Of a DNA stretch of 64,000 nucleotides, positions 9,407 through 18,499 are shown piece by piece. Origin of the DNA: Flavobacteriales bacterium. Lineage in GTDB: Bacteria; Bacteroidota; Bacteroidia; Flavobacteriales; UBA7430. The DNA is taken from assembly GCA_965662265.1 (NCBI GenBank), contig CBFIGX010000003.1, positions 8,608 to 72,607 of the forward strand. The letters are read 5' to 3'. Within the stretch, counting starts at the first letter, position 1. Each line of letters opens with the position of its first letter. The notes below the pieces were generated by a model. It saw only the letters and a program-made list of their open reading frames with translations, ran no database searches and was not told the origin of the DNA. Made by a program: the position numbers and the translations under genes.

Positions 9407-11536
9407 ATGAGAAAAAAGTCAAGATCAAAAACCTCCTCCAATTTATCTGCCTTGAAAGAACGGATTGTATTAATTTGTCAATCGTCTACCAAGCCTATAA
9501 GTTACAAATTGTTATGTAGAGAGCTAGGGGTTAAAGATAAGATTACCAAGAGTCAGGTTAAATTTTTGCTAAAGAATTTGTTGGCAGAAAAACGTGTTAA
9601 GGAATTTGAACACGGCCGGTATGGTCTTAGTCAAACAGAAGAGACTCTGACTGGGAGACTGGATAAACGTCCTTCTGGAGCTGCTTATTTCATATGTGAT
9701 TCTCTTGAAGTGGATGCTTATATTTCTCAAAAGAATGCAGGTAAAACACTTGGAGGAGACTTGGTAAAAGTTATTTTGACAGGAAGCTATAAAGGTAAAA
9801 ACCCAGAGGCTCGTGTTGTTGGTATAGTTGAAAGACAACGAACTACTTATGTAGGGAATATACGTATGGACAAAAGACATTGTTTTTTGACACCAGATAA
9901 CAGTAAAGTAGGAACTGATTTTTACATTCCAGCAGACAAAGTCAATGGAGCCAAAGACGGTGATAAGGTACTTGTAGAAATGTTAGACTGGCCCAAGCGG
10001 GCTAAAAGTCCTTTTGCACGAGTGAAAAAAATCATTGGTGTAGCTGGTGAACATCATGCTGAAATTCATGCTATTTTATCTGAATATGGCTTGCCCTATC
10101 AATTCCCAAAAGATGTTGACACCTACGTTGCTGCTATAGAAGAAGAAATTAGTCCAAAAGAAATTGCAAAAAGAAGAGATATGAGGTCTGTTCCAACCTT
10201 TACCATTGACCCTCATGATGCAAAAGATTTTGATGATGCTTTATCGATACAAAAAGTAGAAAGAGGGTGGGAGATCGGAGTTCACATTGCTGATGTTTCT
10301 TACTATGTGAAGGAAGGTACGCCATTAAATGATGAAGCTTATGAAAGGGGAACATCAGTATATCTAGTTGATAGGGTAATTCCAATGTTACCTGAAAAAT
10401 TATCCAATAAAGTCTGCTCTCTTCGCCCAGAAGAGGAAAAGTTATGTTTTTCTGCCGTATTTATTATTGATGAAAAAGCAAAAGTTCTAGATGAATGGTT
10501 TGGTAGAACAGTTATCTATTCAAATCATAGATTTACCTACGAAGAGGCGCAAGAAGTAATAGAAACTAACAATGGCCCATACGCGGAGTCTCTAAGTTTG
10601 ATGAATAATATGGCTAAGAAGATGCGTCGAAGTAGAATTCAAAATGGTGCAATTACTTTTGACAGAGTTGAAGTAAAGTTTAAGCTCGATAAAGATAACA
10701 ATCCACATGGAGTTTATTTTAAGCATGCCAAGGACGCTAACAAGCTTATTGAAGAGTTTATGCTTCTTGCCAATAAAAGCGTGGCAGCCTTTATAGGTAA
10801 AAAGCAAAATGGATTACCCACCAAAAAACCTTTTGTGTACAGGATACACGATGTTCCTGATCCAGAAAAGTTGAGCAACTTCTCCACATTCGTAGAACAA
10901 TTTGGGCATAAAATGACATCACAGTCACCACCAGAAATAGCAAAATCTATGAATAGGATACTAGCAGATGTTTCGGGAAAAAAAGAAGAGAATATGGTAG
11001 AGCTTCTAGCTATTAGAACTATGAGTAAAGCCAAATACACCACCGAAAATATTGGACATTACGGCTTGGGGTTCGATTACTATTCGCATTTTACTTCTCC
11101 TATAAGACGATGGCCAGATGTGATGGTTCACCGATTATTACAGACCTATCTAGATGGTGGAAAGGTAGAAGACAAAGCGCAGATTGAAGAACAATGTCAA
11201 CATGCTTCTGGTATGGAGAAATTGGCTACAGAGGCAGAGCGTTCATCTATCAAATATATGCAAGTAAAATACCTATTAGGTAAAGAAGGTCATCAATTTG
11301 ACGGGTTAATATCTGGTGTTACTGAATATGGTATTTTTGTAGAACTTATTGATAGTTTGTGTGAAGGGCTTGTTTCGATGAGAGATTTAAGAGACGATCA
11401 TTATGATCTAGACAAATCTACCTTTACATTAGTTGGTAGGTCAACAGGAAACAAATTCCAATTAGGAGATTTAGTTCGTATTAGGGTAAAACAAGTAGAC
11501 TTAGTAAAGAAACAATTGGACTTTCAATTGGCATAA
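9407..11536 (+). CDS. rnr: Ribonuclease R
   Basis: RNB catalytic motifs (TIDPHDAKDFDDALS, HIADVSYYV) and a C-terminal S1-like domain (GLISGVTEYGIFVEL). Confidence 0.9.
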   Translation: MRKKSRSKTSSNLSALKERIVLICQSSTKPISYKLLCRELGVKDKITKSQVKFLLKNLLAEKRVKEFEHGRYGLSQTEETLTGRLDKRPSGAAYFICDSLEVDAYISQKNAGKTLGGDLVKVILTGSYKGKNPEARVVGIVERQRTTYVGNIRMDKRHCFLTPDNSKVGTDFYIPADKVNGAKDGDKVLVEMLDWPKRAKSPFARVKKIIGVAGEHHAEIHAILSEYGLPYQFPKDVDTYVAAIEEEISPKEIAKRRDMRSVPTFTIDPHDAKDFDDALSIQKVERGWEIGVHIADVSYYVKEGTPLNDEAYERGTSVYLVDRVIPMLPEKLSNKVCSLRPEEEKLCFSAVFIIDEKAKVLDEWFGRTVIYSNHRFTYEEAQEVIETNNGPYAESLSLMNNMAKKMRRSRIQNGAITFDRVEVKFKLDKDNNPHGVYFKHAKDANKLIEEFMLLANKSVAAFIGKKQNGLPTKKPFVYRIHDVPDPEKLSNFSTFVEQFGHKMTSQSPPEIAKSMNRILADVSGKKEENMVELLAIRTMSKAKYTTENIGHYGLGFDYYSHFTSPIRRWPDVMVHRLLQTYLDGGKVEDKAQIEEQCQHASGMEKLATEAERSSIKYMQVKYLLGKEGHQFDGLISGVTEYGIFVELIDSLCEGLVSMRDLRDDHYDLDKSTFTLVGRSTGNKFQLGDLVRIRVKQVDLVKKQLDFQLA

Positions 11537-11555
11537 AATCCAAATGATAAGCTCT

Positions 11556-12575
11556 TTATGCTTTTGTGAATTGCTCTAGAAAACGGATGTCATTTTCAAA
11601 AAATAGTCGTAAGTCTTTCACTTGATATTTAAGCATTGTTATTCTCTCCAAGCCCATACCAAACGCAAATCCAGAATATTTTTTAGAGTCAATATTGCAA
11701 TTATCCAAAACGTTTGGATCAACCATACCACAGCCTAAGATTTCAACCCAACCAGTATATTTACAGATATTACACCCTTCACCTTTGCAAATATTACATG
11801 AAATATCCACTTCGGCACTTGGTTCTGTAAATGGGAAATAGGATGGGCGTAATCTAATTTGTGTTTCAGCACCGAAAAATTCCTTTGCAAAATGAAGAAG
11901 TGTTTGCTTTAGATCAGCAAATGATACGTTTTCGTCAATGTATAAACCTTCAATTTGATGAAAAATACAATGCGCTCGAGCAGAAATAGCTTCATTTCTA
12001 AAAACACGACCTGGAGAAATAGTCCTTATTGGTGGCGTATTTTGTTCCATATATCTCACTTGCACAGAAGAGGTGTGTGTTCTGAGAAGATAATCCGGAT
12101 TTCTTTGGATAAAAAATGTGTCTTGCATATCCCTAGCAGGATGCTCTTCTGGCAGATTTAGTGCGCTAAAGTTATGCCAATCGTCTTCTATTTCAGGACC
12201 TTCAGATATGGTAAAGCCTAAGCGTGAAAAAATAGTAACAATCTCATTTTTAACAATAGATAAAGGGTGTCTTGAGCCTAACCTCATTGGTTCAGCACTC
12301 ATAGTTAAATCAGTGCCTGAAGGTTTGTTTTCTGTTTGAGATTCTATTGCTTCCTTAAGAGAATTTACTTTTTCTAAGCATTTGTTTTTTAGTTCATTTA
12401 TAGACTGCCCAAACGCTTTTTTTTCTTCCTTTGGCACCTCTTTAAATGACGAAAATAAATCGTTTAGAATTCCTTTTTTACCTAGATATTCTATTCTAAA
12501 TTTTTCAACGTCTGCTATAGCGTCAGCCTCGAATTTTTCTACGATAGCAATGTGCTCTTTGATTTTATTAAGCAT
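11556..12575 (-). CDS. pheS: Phenylalanine--tRNA ligase alpha subunit
   Basis: Class II aaRS motifs: HPARDMQDTFF, GRVFRNE, FPFTEPSAEVD and GMGLERI. Confidence 0.95.
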   Translation of the reverse strand: MLNKIKEHIAIVEKFEADAIADVEKFRIEYLGKKGILNDLFSSFKEVPKEEKKAFGQSINELKNKCLEKVNSLKEAIESQTENKPSGTDLTMSAEPMRLGSRHPLSIVKNEIVTIFSRLGFTISEGPEIEDDWHNFSALNLPEEHPARDMQDTFFIQRNPDYLLRTHTSSVQVRYMEQNTPPIRTISPGRVFRNEAISARAHCIFHQIEGLYIDENVSFADLKQTLLHFAKEFFGAETQIRLRPSYFPFTEPSAEVDISCNICKGEGCNICKYTGWVEILGCGMVDPNVLDNCNIDSKKYSGFAFGMGLERITMLKYQVKDLRLFFENDIRFLEQFTKA

Positions 12576-12622
12576 ATGTTTTGCTTTATTTCAATACGAT
12601 GAATATCGTGAATGAAAATTTG

Positions 12623-12630
12623 TATATTTG
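12623..12630 (+). promoter_or_regulatory. -7 promoter box TATATTTG
   Basis: TAnnTTTG match 41 nt upstream of the ATG at 12671. It lies inside the longer ORF version that starts at 12581, which supports the shorter call. Confidence 0.4.
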
Positions 12631-12670
12631 TCTTTTGCAAGCAGACAATATTACTAAATATAAAGGACAT

Positions 12671-13021
12671 ATGAAACGTAAAATTTACAGTAGTTTAGGC
12701 TTAGTTGCGACCCTTTTTGCTATTATGCTTTCCGCTAGCTCATGCGAAGTTACACATACCTATACAACAGAAATTAGCATAGTAGATATTGATGGGGAAG
12801 CAATGAGTGATGTAACAGTCGAAACATCTATTGAATCTACCCAACCTCATGTTGTTTTTCGCACTGCGCAAACTAATAATTTAGGTAAAGTTTATTTTGA
12901 ATTTGATAATGTGGCAATCCTAAAAGTTACCGCCGATAAAAATAATTATCACGGTGAGGGGCTTGTAGTATTAGAGGAAGATATAAACGTGTTGAAAACT
13001 ATAGTAGTCTACGAAAATTAG
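12671..13021 (+). CDS. Small lipoprotein, hypothetical
   Basis: MKRKIYSSLGLVATLFAIMLSASSC has a lipobox-like signal ending in Cys. Confidence 0.55.
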   Translation: MKRKIYSSLGLVATLFAIMLSASSCEVTHTYTTEISIVDIDGEAMSDVTVETSIESTQPHVVFRTAQTNNLGKVYFEFDNVAILKVTADKNNYHGEGLVVLEEDINVLKTIVVYEN

Positions 13022-13371
13022 AAGATAACACCACTTTCTTCGAAGTATAAAATAGCCGCTTCTTTCATTAAAATAGTTTGCTCGCCCGGTTTTAATGCAG
13101 GAAGTTTTTCGTTTGTTTTATAGTGAGGCCAACCATCCTTGTCTCTGCCCTCCAATTCGTAGTAGCCATAATTACTAAGTAGTCTACAGATAGCAACGTG
13201 TAAAAGATCCATTTTTTCTTCTTTAGAAAACACCTGATACCCTTTTCCTAACTCTTGAATTCCTATTAAAAATAGAATGGCTTGTAGGTCTAATTGCTCA
13301 CCGTCGCCAAACTCGTTTGATACAAATTCTACCAAACGATTCCATTTTAATTTTGATTCTTCGTTTCTCAT
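13018..13371 (-). CDS. Hypothetical protein
   Basis: 117-aa ORF with balanced composition and no recognised motif. Its 3' end overlaps the convergent gene by 4 nt. Confidence 0.5.
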   Translation of the reverse strand: MRNEESKLKWNRLVEFVSNEFGDGEQLDLQAILFLIGIQELGKGYQVFSKEEKMDLLHVAICRLLSNYGYYELEGRDKDGWPHYKTNEKLPALKPGEQTILMKEAAILYFEESGVIF

Positions 13372-13439
13372 AGTCTAATAATTTACAGCAAATTTACAAT
13401 GTTCTTTCGAATCTTGATTTCTCAACGTAACTTTATCCT

Positions 13440-13979
13440 ATGAATTATATCGATTATATCGTGTTGGCACCAATACTTTATGGATTCTATAAGGGCTTTA
13501 CAAAGGGACTTATCCTAGAGTTAACATCACTAATAGCTTTAATTGCAGCAATTTATGGTGCAAGCCATTTATCTGGCCACACCTTTAAGCTGTTAAAAAA
13601 AGTGTCTCAAATTGATCAGGGTTATCTTGAGATGGTCTCCTATGCCTTAACCTTTATAGGGATTATTATAGGGATTAATTTAATAGGAAAGTTACTCACT
13701 TATCTAGTTAAAATGGTTGCTTTAGGATTTGTTAATAGATTGGTTGGGGCTATTTTTGGAGGAGTTAAGGTATTGCTTATTATTACTATTATTTTACACT
13801 TTTTCAATACATTTAATAGTCAGTTTAAGTTGATAAATGAGAAACAATTAAACCATTCACTCATTTATAAGCCTTTGTTAGAGCACTCTCAAAAATTATA
13901 TCCCAATATTGTAGCTCAGTTTACTAAGCGAAAGCATCAAATCAATGAGAGCTTACCAGAAAAGAATAAAAACTTATAA
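13440..13979 (+). CDS. CvpA-family membrane protein
   Basis: Four predicted TM segments. The N-terminus MNYIDYIVLAPILYGFYKGFTKGLILE resembles CvpA (colicin V production) family openings. Confidence 0.65.
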   Translation: MNYIDYIVLAPILYGFYKGFTKGLILELTSLIALIAAIYGASHLSGHTFKLLKKVSQIDQGYLEMVSYALTFIGIIIGINLIGKLLTYLVKMVALGFVNRLVGAIFGGVKVLLIITIILHFFNTFNSQFKLINEKQLNHSLIYKPLLEHSQKLYPNIVAQFTKRKHQINESLPEKNKNL

Positions 13980-14304
13980 ATTTAGGCTGCGAGCATCAGC
14001 AATTTGTTTACTACACTTTATGAGTTTTCCTTTTATGGTATGTGGACAAAGTTGTAGATGTGTCTGATCTAAAAAATTTAAATTTGTTAGCCACCTTTAA
14101 TACTGAAGAAGTTTATCAGTACAAGATCAATTCTCAAATGCAGTTATATGTTCATGTCTCTTTCGTCAATGAGCAAATAGTTGATTTATCAAATGGATAG
14201 AACATGATAGGAGTTTTATCATCTATACCCCAAAACACTCATCTTGTTTTAGTAGAATCTATGTCTGATGTTGTTATTTTAAAAGTTGCCCTAAGAAATC
14301 CTCA

Positions 14305-15495
14305 TTAACATTTAATTGCTCTTATTCCAGGGAGTTCTTTTCCTTCTATATATTCAAGCATCGCTCCTCCTCCTGTAGATACATAACTCACATTATTTTG
14401 CATATTAAAAGTTTTAATGGCCGCTACTGAATCGCCACCTCCAACTAATGAGAATGCACCTTCAGATGTTGCATCAACAATAGCCTGCGCTATATGTTTT
14501 GTGCCTTCAGAAAAAGCAGACATCTCAAAAACTCCCATTGGACCATTCCACAGTATAGTTTTAGAGTTGATGATGACACTTCTAAACAGACTTTTAGATT
14601 TATTTCCGATATCTAACCCCATCCAGTCATCTTTAATCGAATTTATATCACTTACATAAGTGTTGGCATTATTAGAAAATGCATCTGCATTCATTGAGTC
14701 TACAGGAATAAATAATTCTACATGATGTTTTTTTGCATCCTCGATTATAGATAAAGCCATATCGAGCTTGTCATCTTCAACTAAAGAAGCACCAACAGAC
14801 CCTCCAAGCGCTTTAGCAAATGTGTAGGACATCCCCCCCCCAATTATTATTTTATCAACTTTGTGCATTAATTTATTTATAATGGTAATTTTTGAAGACA
14901 CCTTTGCACCACCTAGAATTGCTGTTATAGGCTTTTTTCCTTGATTTAATATCTTCTCAAGATTGTTTATTTCGTTTGCCATAACATATCCAAAACATTT
15001 GTTGCCTAAAAAGTAGTCCGCTATTTTAGATGTAGATGCATGGGCACGATGCGCAGTACCAAATGCATCATTTATGTAAACATCTCCTAGTGATGCTAGT
15101 TGTTTTGCAAATTCAATATCTCCGGCTTTTTCTTCTGGATAGAAACGTAAATTTTCTAACAATAAAACCTTTCCAATCTTTAATTTATCGGCAGCTTCTC
15201 TTACATTTTCACCTATACAATCTGGTATAAATAACACCTTTGTGTTTAGCTTATCAGATAATGTTTTAACGATAGATCGAAGAGAAAATTTTTTCTCGGG
15301 GCCATTTTTAGGTCGGCCTAAATGAGACATCAATATGACTGATCCCCCATCCGTAATTACTTTATTTATAGTTGGTATCGCTGCGCTAATTCGAGTATCG
15401 TCAGTGATGACTAGATCGTCATTTAATGGTACATTAAAGTCTACGCGTATCAAGGCTTTTAAGCCTTTAAAGTTAATCTGATCTATTGTTTTCAT
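14305..15495 (-). CDS. pgk: Phosphoglycerate kinase
   Basis: RVDFNVP, HLGRPK, NLRFYPEE, GGGDS and STGGGA motifs. I chose the ATG at 15495 (MKTIDQINF). Confidence 0.95.
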   Translation of the reverse strand: MKTIDQINFKGLKALIRVDFNVPLNDDLVITDDTRISAAIPTINKVITDGGSVILMSHLGRPKNGPEKKFSLRSIVKTLSDKLNTKVLFIPDCIGENVREAADKLKIGKVLLLENLRFYPEEKAGDIEFAKQLASLGDVYINDAFGTAHRAHASTSKIADYFLGNKCFGYVMANEINNLEKILNQGKKPITAILGGAKVSSKITIINKLMHKVDKIIIGGGMSYTFAKALGGSVGASLVEDDKLDMALSIIEDAKKHHVELFIPVDSMNADAFSNNANTYVSDINSIKDDWMGLDIGNKSKSLFRSVIINSKTILWNGPMGVFEMSAFSEGTKHIAQAIVDATSEGAFSLVGGGDSVAAIKTFNMQNNVSYVSTGGGAMLEYIEGKELPGIRAIKC

Positions 15496-15589
15496 CGTGC
15501 TAATGTAAGGCATCTATCACATTATTTAAAATATTGATTTAGTTGATCTAGAAATATGACACAAGTGAAGAAATATTCGTTGCAAATTG

Positions 15590-15597
15590 TATCTTTG
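15590..15597 (+). promoter_or_regulatory. -7 promoter box TATCTTTG directly upstream of holB
   Basis: TAnnTTTG match ending 4 nt before the ATG at 15602. Confidence 0.4.
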
Positions 15598-15601
15598 AGA
15601 T

Positions 15602-16759
15602 ATGTTGTTTAGTGAAATCATCGGGCACGATAAAATCAAAAAATTGTTGGTTCAGTCTGTTATGGATCAGCGGGTTCCGCATGCGCAACTATTTCTTGGC
15701 GCATCTGGATCTGCTAATTTGGCTCTTGCTTTATGTTTGTCTCAATTTATACACTGCAGCTCCCCTCTTGAATCCGACTCCTGTGGAGTATGCCCTTCTT
15801 GTTTAAAACACAAAAACATTGCACATCCAGACATGCACTTTGCTTTTCCTGTCGCTACAACCACATCCGTTAAAACGAAGCCAATTAGTAAAAAATTTAT
15901 GTCTGAATGGCGACGTATGCTTACCGATAATGCATATTTTTCTATGTATGAATGGCTAAGGCACATAGGAGTTGAAAATAAGCAAGGTATTATTTCTGTA
16001 GATCAAAGTGCTGATATGGTTAAAGATTTAAGTTTAAAACCATATGAAAGTGATACACAGATAATGCTCATTTGGATGCCAGAAAAAATGAATATTCAGG
16101 CTGCCAATAAGCTTCTAAAAATTATTGAGGAACCACCTTCTAAAACTTTATTTTTATTGGTGGCTGAAAGTGATGAAAACATGTTGGCAACAGTCTTGTC
16201 TAGAACACAGCTATTAAAGGTTCCTTCGTATTCATCATTTGAGGTAAGTGTATTTTTAGAGCAGAAAGGTGTGGATAAAACGGAAGCAAAGATGATTGCA
16301 TCTATCTCTGACGGTGACATCAGTAAAGCACTATATATGGCAAAGTACTCGGAAGGTGCTGGTGAAAATATGATGCGATTTATACAGTGGATGCGTTTGT
16401 GCTTTAGTGCATTAAAAGTTAAAGATATTGATAAACTAGTTCAATGGAGTGAAACGATAGCTAAATTAGGTAGAGAATCACAAAAGAATTTTTTGCTTTT
16501 TGCATCAAACTCAGTACGCGATGCATTGTTGAAAAATTATGGTGTAGGGCAAATGATGAAGATGAATGTTGGAGATCAAGATTTTACTATGGACAAGTTT
16601 TCACCATTTATTCATGCAGATAACTGCATAGAAATAATAGAAGAGTTAAATATGGCGCATTTGCACATCGAACGAAATGCAAATCCAAAGATTTTATTTT
16701 TGGATCTTTCGTTTAAAATTGCAAGACTGCTTCATCAAAAATTAAAACAGGCGGTATAG
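15602..16759 (+). CDS. holB: DNA polymerase III subunit delta'
   Basis: PHAQLFLGASGSANLALAL P-loop-like region, CGVCPSCLK zinc module, and KLLKIIEEPP. Confidence 0.85.
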   Translation: MLFSEIIGHDKIKKLLVQSVMDQRVPHAQLFLGASGSANLALALCLSQFIHCSSPLESDSCGVCPSCLKHKNIAHPDMHFAFPVATTTSVKTKPISKKFMSEWRRMLTDNAYFSMYEWLRHIGVENKQGIISVDQSADMVKDLSLKPYESDTQIMLIWMPEKMNIQAANKLLKIIEEPPSKTLFLLVAESDENMLATVLSRTQLLKVPSYSSFEVSVFLEQKGVDKTEAKMIASISDGDISKALYMAKYSEGAGENMMRFIQWMRLCFSALKVKDIDKLVQWSETIAKLGRESQKNFLLFASNSVRDALLKNYGVGQMMKMNVGDQDFTMDKFSPFIHADNCIEIIEELNMAHLHIERNANPKILFLDLSFKIARLLHQKLKQAV

Positions 16760-16775
16760 TCTAAAAAAAATAAAA

Positions 16776-17993
16776 ATGGCGTGTACGAATTGTTCAACAA
16801 CGAGAACCAATAGCCCTGGATGCCAAAGTAAAGGAGCTTGTAGTACCGGTAATTGTGGGAAAATGCCTGTGTTTAATTGGCTTTCAAACATGACTTTGCC
16901 AAACGGCCAAGAACCCTTCGATATATTAGAGGTACGCTTCAAAAACGGGAGAAAGGGTTTTTATAAAAATAAAAATAAACTTAACATTCATATGGGTGAC
17001 ACAGTTGCTGTAGAGAGCAGCCCAGGTCACGATATAGGCGTCATTTCTTTAAAAGGAGAGCTTGTTCGTCTTCAGATGCGCAAGAAAGATGTAGATATTG
17101 AAAGTGAGACTGTAAAAACATTATACAGACATGCTTCAGAAAAGGATATTGAGACATGGGAGGCTGCAAGATCTAGAGAAAAGGAAACTATGTACCGCGC
17201 CCGTGAAATAGCATCTAATTTAGATCTCGATATGAAAATCGGGGATGTAGAATTTCAAGGCGATAACATCAAAGCTATTTTTTACTACACATCTGATGGA
17301 AGAGTAGATTTTAGAGAGCTCATAAAAGTTATGGCTGAAGAATTCAAAGTACGCATCGAAATGCGTCAAATTGGAACTCGACAAGAGGCCCAGTTAATGG
17401 GAGGCATAGGCTCATGCGGTAGAGAGCTTTGTTGTAGTACTTGGTTAAATGATTTTAGATCTGTTACTACCGGTGCTGCTCGATATCAACAATTATCGTT
17501 AAACCCTCAAAAATTAGCTGGACAATGCGGAAAATTAAAGTGTTGTCTAAATTATGAGTTAGACATGTATGTCGAAGCATTAAAACCATTTCCTGGTTCT
17601 AATGTGAAATTAAAAACAAAAAAAGGTGATGCATTTATGCAGAAAATGGATGTTTTTAAAAAACAACTTTGGTATTCATATTATACAGAGCCATCAAATT
17701 TTATTCAATTAAATTTAGATAAAGTCCAGAAAATAGTTAGCCTTAACAAACAAAACACACTTCCGGACTCTCTAGAGATTTTTATAGAAACATCTCAGAA
17801 AGAATCTCCCAAGCATGATTATGAGAATGTTGTTGGTCAAGATAGTATTACCCGTTTTGACAATAGGTCTTCCAAGCGTTCAAATAAAAGACCCAATAAA
17901 AAAACACGACAGAAGGCTAGAAATATCGAATCAAAATCAGCTAACTCTCCAAAAAATGAATCTAAGAGAAAGCAGATAAATAAGCGTAAATAG
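16776..17993 (+). CDS. PSP1 domain protein (RicT/YaaT-like)
   Basis: Cys-rich N-terminus (CTNCSTT..PGCQSKGACSTGNCG), a PSP1-like core (IGTRQEAQLMGGIGSCGRELCCSTWL, CGKLKCCLNYE), and a Lys/Arg-rich tail. It follows holB, as yaaT does in Bacillus. Confidence 0.8.
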   Translation: MACTNCSTTRTNSPGCQSKGACSTGNCGKMPVFNWLSNMTLPNGQEPFDILEVRFKNGRKGFYKNKNKLNIHMGDTVAVESSPGHDIGVISLKGELVRLQMRKKDVDIESETVKTLYRHASEKDIETWEAARSREKETMYRAREIASNLDLDMKIGDVEFQGDNIKAIFYYTSDGRVDFRELIKVMAEEFKVRIEMRQIGTRQEAQLMGGIGSCGRELCCSTWLNDFRSVTTGAARYQQLSLNPQKLAGQCGKLKCCLNYELDMYVEALKPFPGSNVKLKTKKGDAFMQKMDVFKKQLWYSYYTEPSNFIQLNLDKVQKIVSLNKQNTLPDSLEIFIETSQKESPKHDYENVVGQDSITRFDNRSSKRSNKRPNKKTRQKARNIESKSANSPKNESKRKQINKRK

Positions 17994-18004
17994 TTACATT
18001 TTTA

Positions 18005-18499
18005 ATGAGAATAATTAAGATTTTAAAAATAGAATATCGTCAACGACTAATTATACCAACTATGGCTCTGCTATTTATGATATCATGCCAGCAGCCGTAT
18101 GTATATAATGCTTACAAACCTATTCCAAATACAGGATGGCACTTGAATGATACTATTACCTTTGAGGTATCAGGGGTCGAAAATGAACATATCCATGACT
18201 TTTTGATCGCCATTAGACATAATAATGACTACTTATATGCTAATATTTTTTTATACGCCAACGTATTAAATCCAAATGGCGAGGAAACAATAGACACTCT
18301 CCAATACTTGATGGCAGAACCTTCGGGTAGATGGTTGGGAACTGGAGTGGGGGAGATAAAACATCATCTTTTTTTGTATAAAACAAAACAGTCAATGGAT
18401 AGAGGACTGTACAAGTTTTCTCTTGTTCATGGGATGAGAGATAGCGTATTAACTGGTATAGAAGATATAGGCTTTAGAATTGAGAAATCTCACGAGTAA
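18005..18499 (+). CDS. gldH: Gliding-motility lipoprotein GldH-like
   Basis: Lipobox LFMISC, the right size, and a position between the PSP1 gene and PBP1A that matches my recollection of the Flavobacterium johnsoniae gldH locus. Motif-level recognition only. Confidence 0.6.
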   Translation: MRIIKILKIEYRQRLIIPTMALLFMISCQQPYVYNAYKPIPNTGWHLNDTITFEVSGVENEHIHDFLIAIRHNNDYLYANIFLYANVLNPNGEETIDTLQYLMAEPSGRWLGTGVGEIKHHLFLYKTKQSMDRGLYKFSLVHGMRDSVLTGIEDIGFRIEKSHE

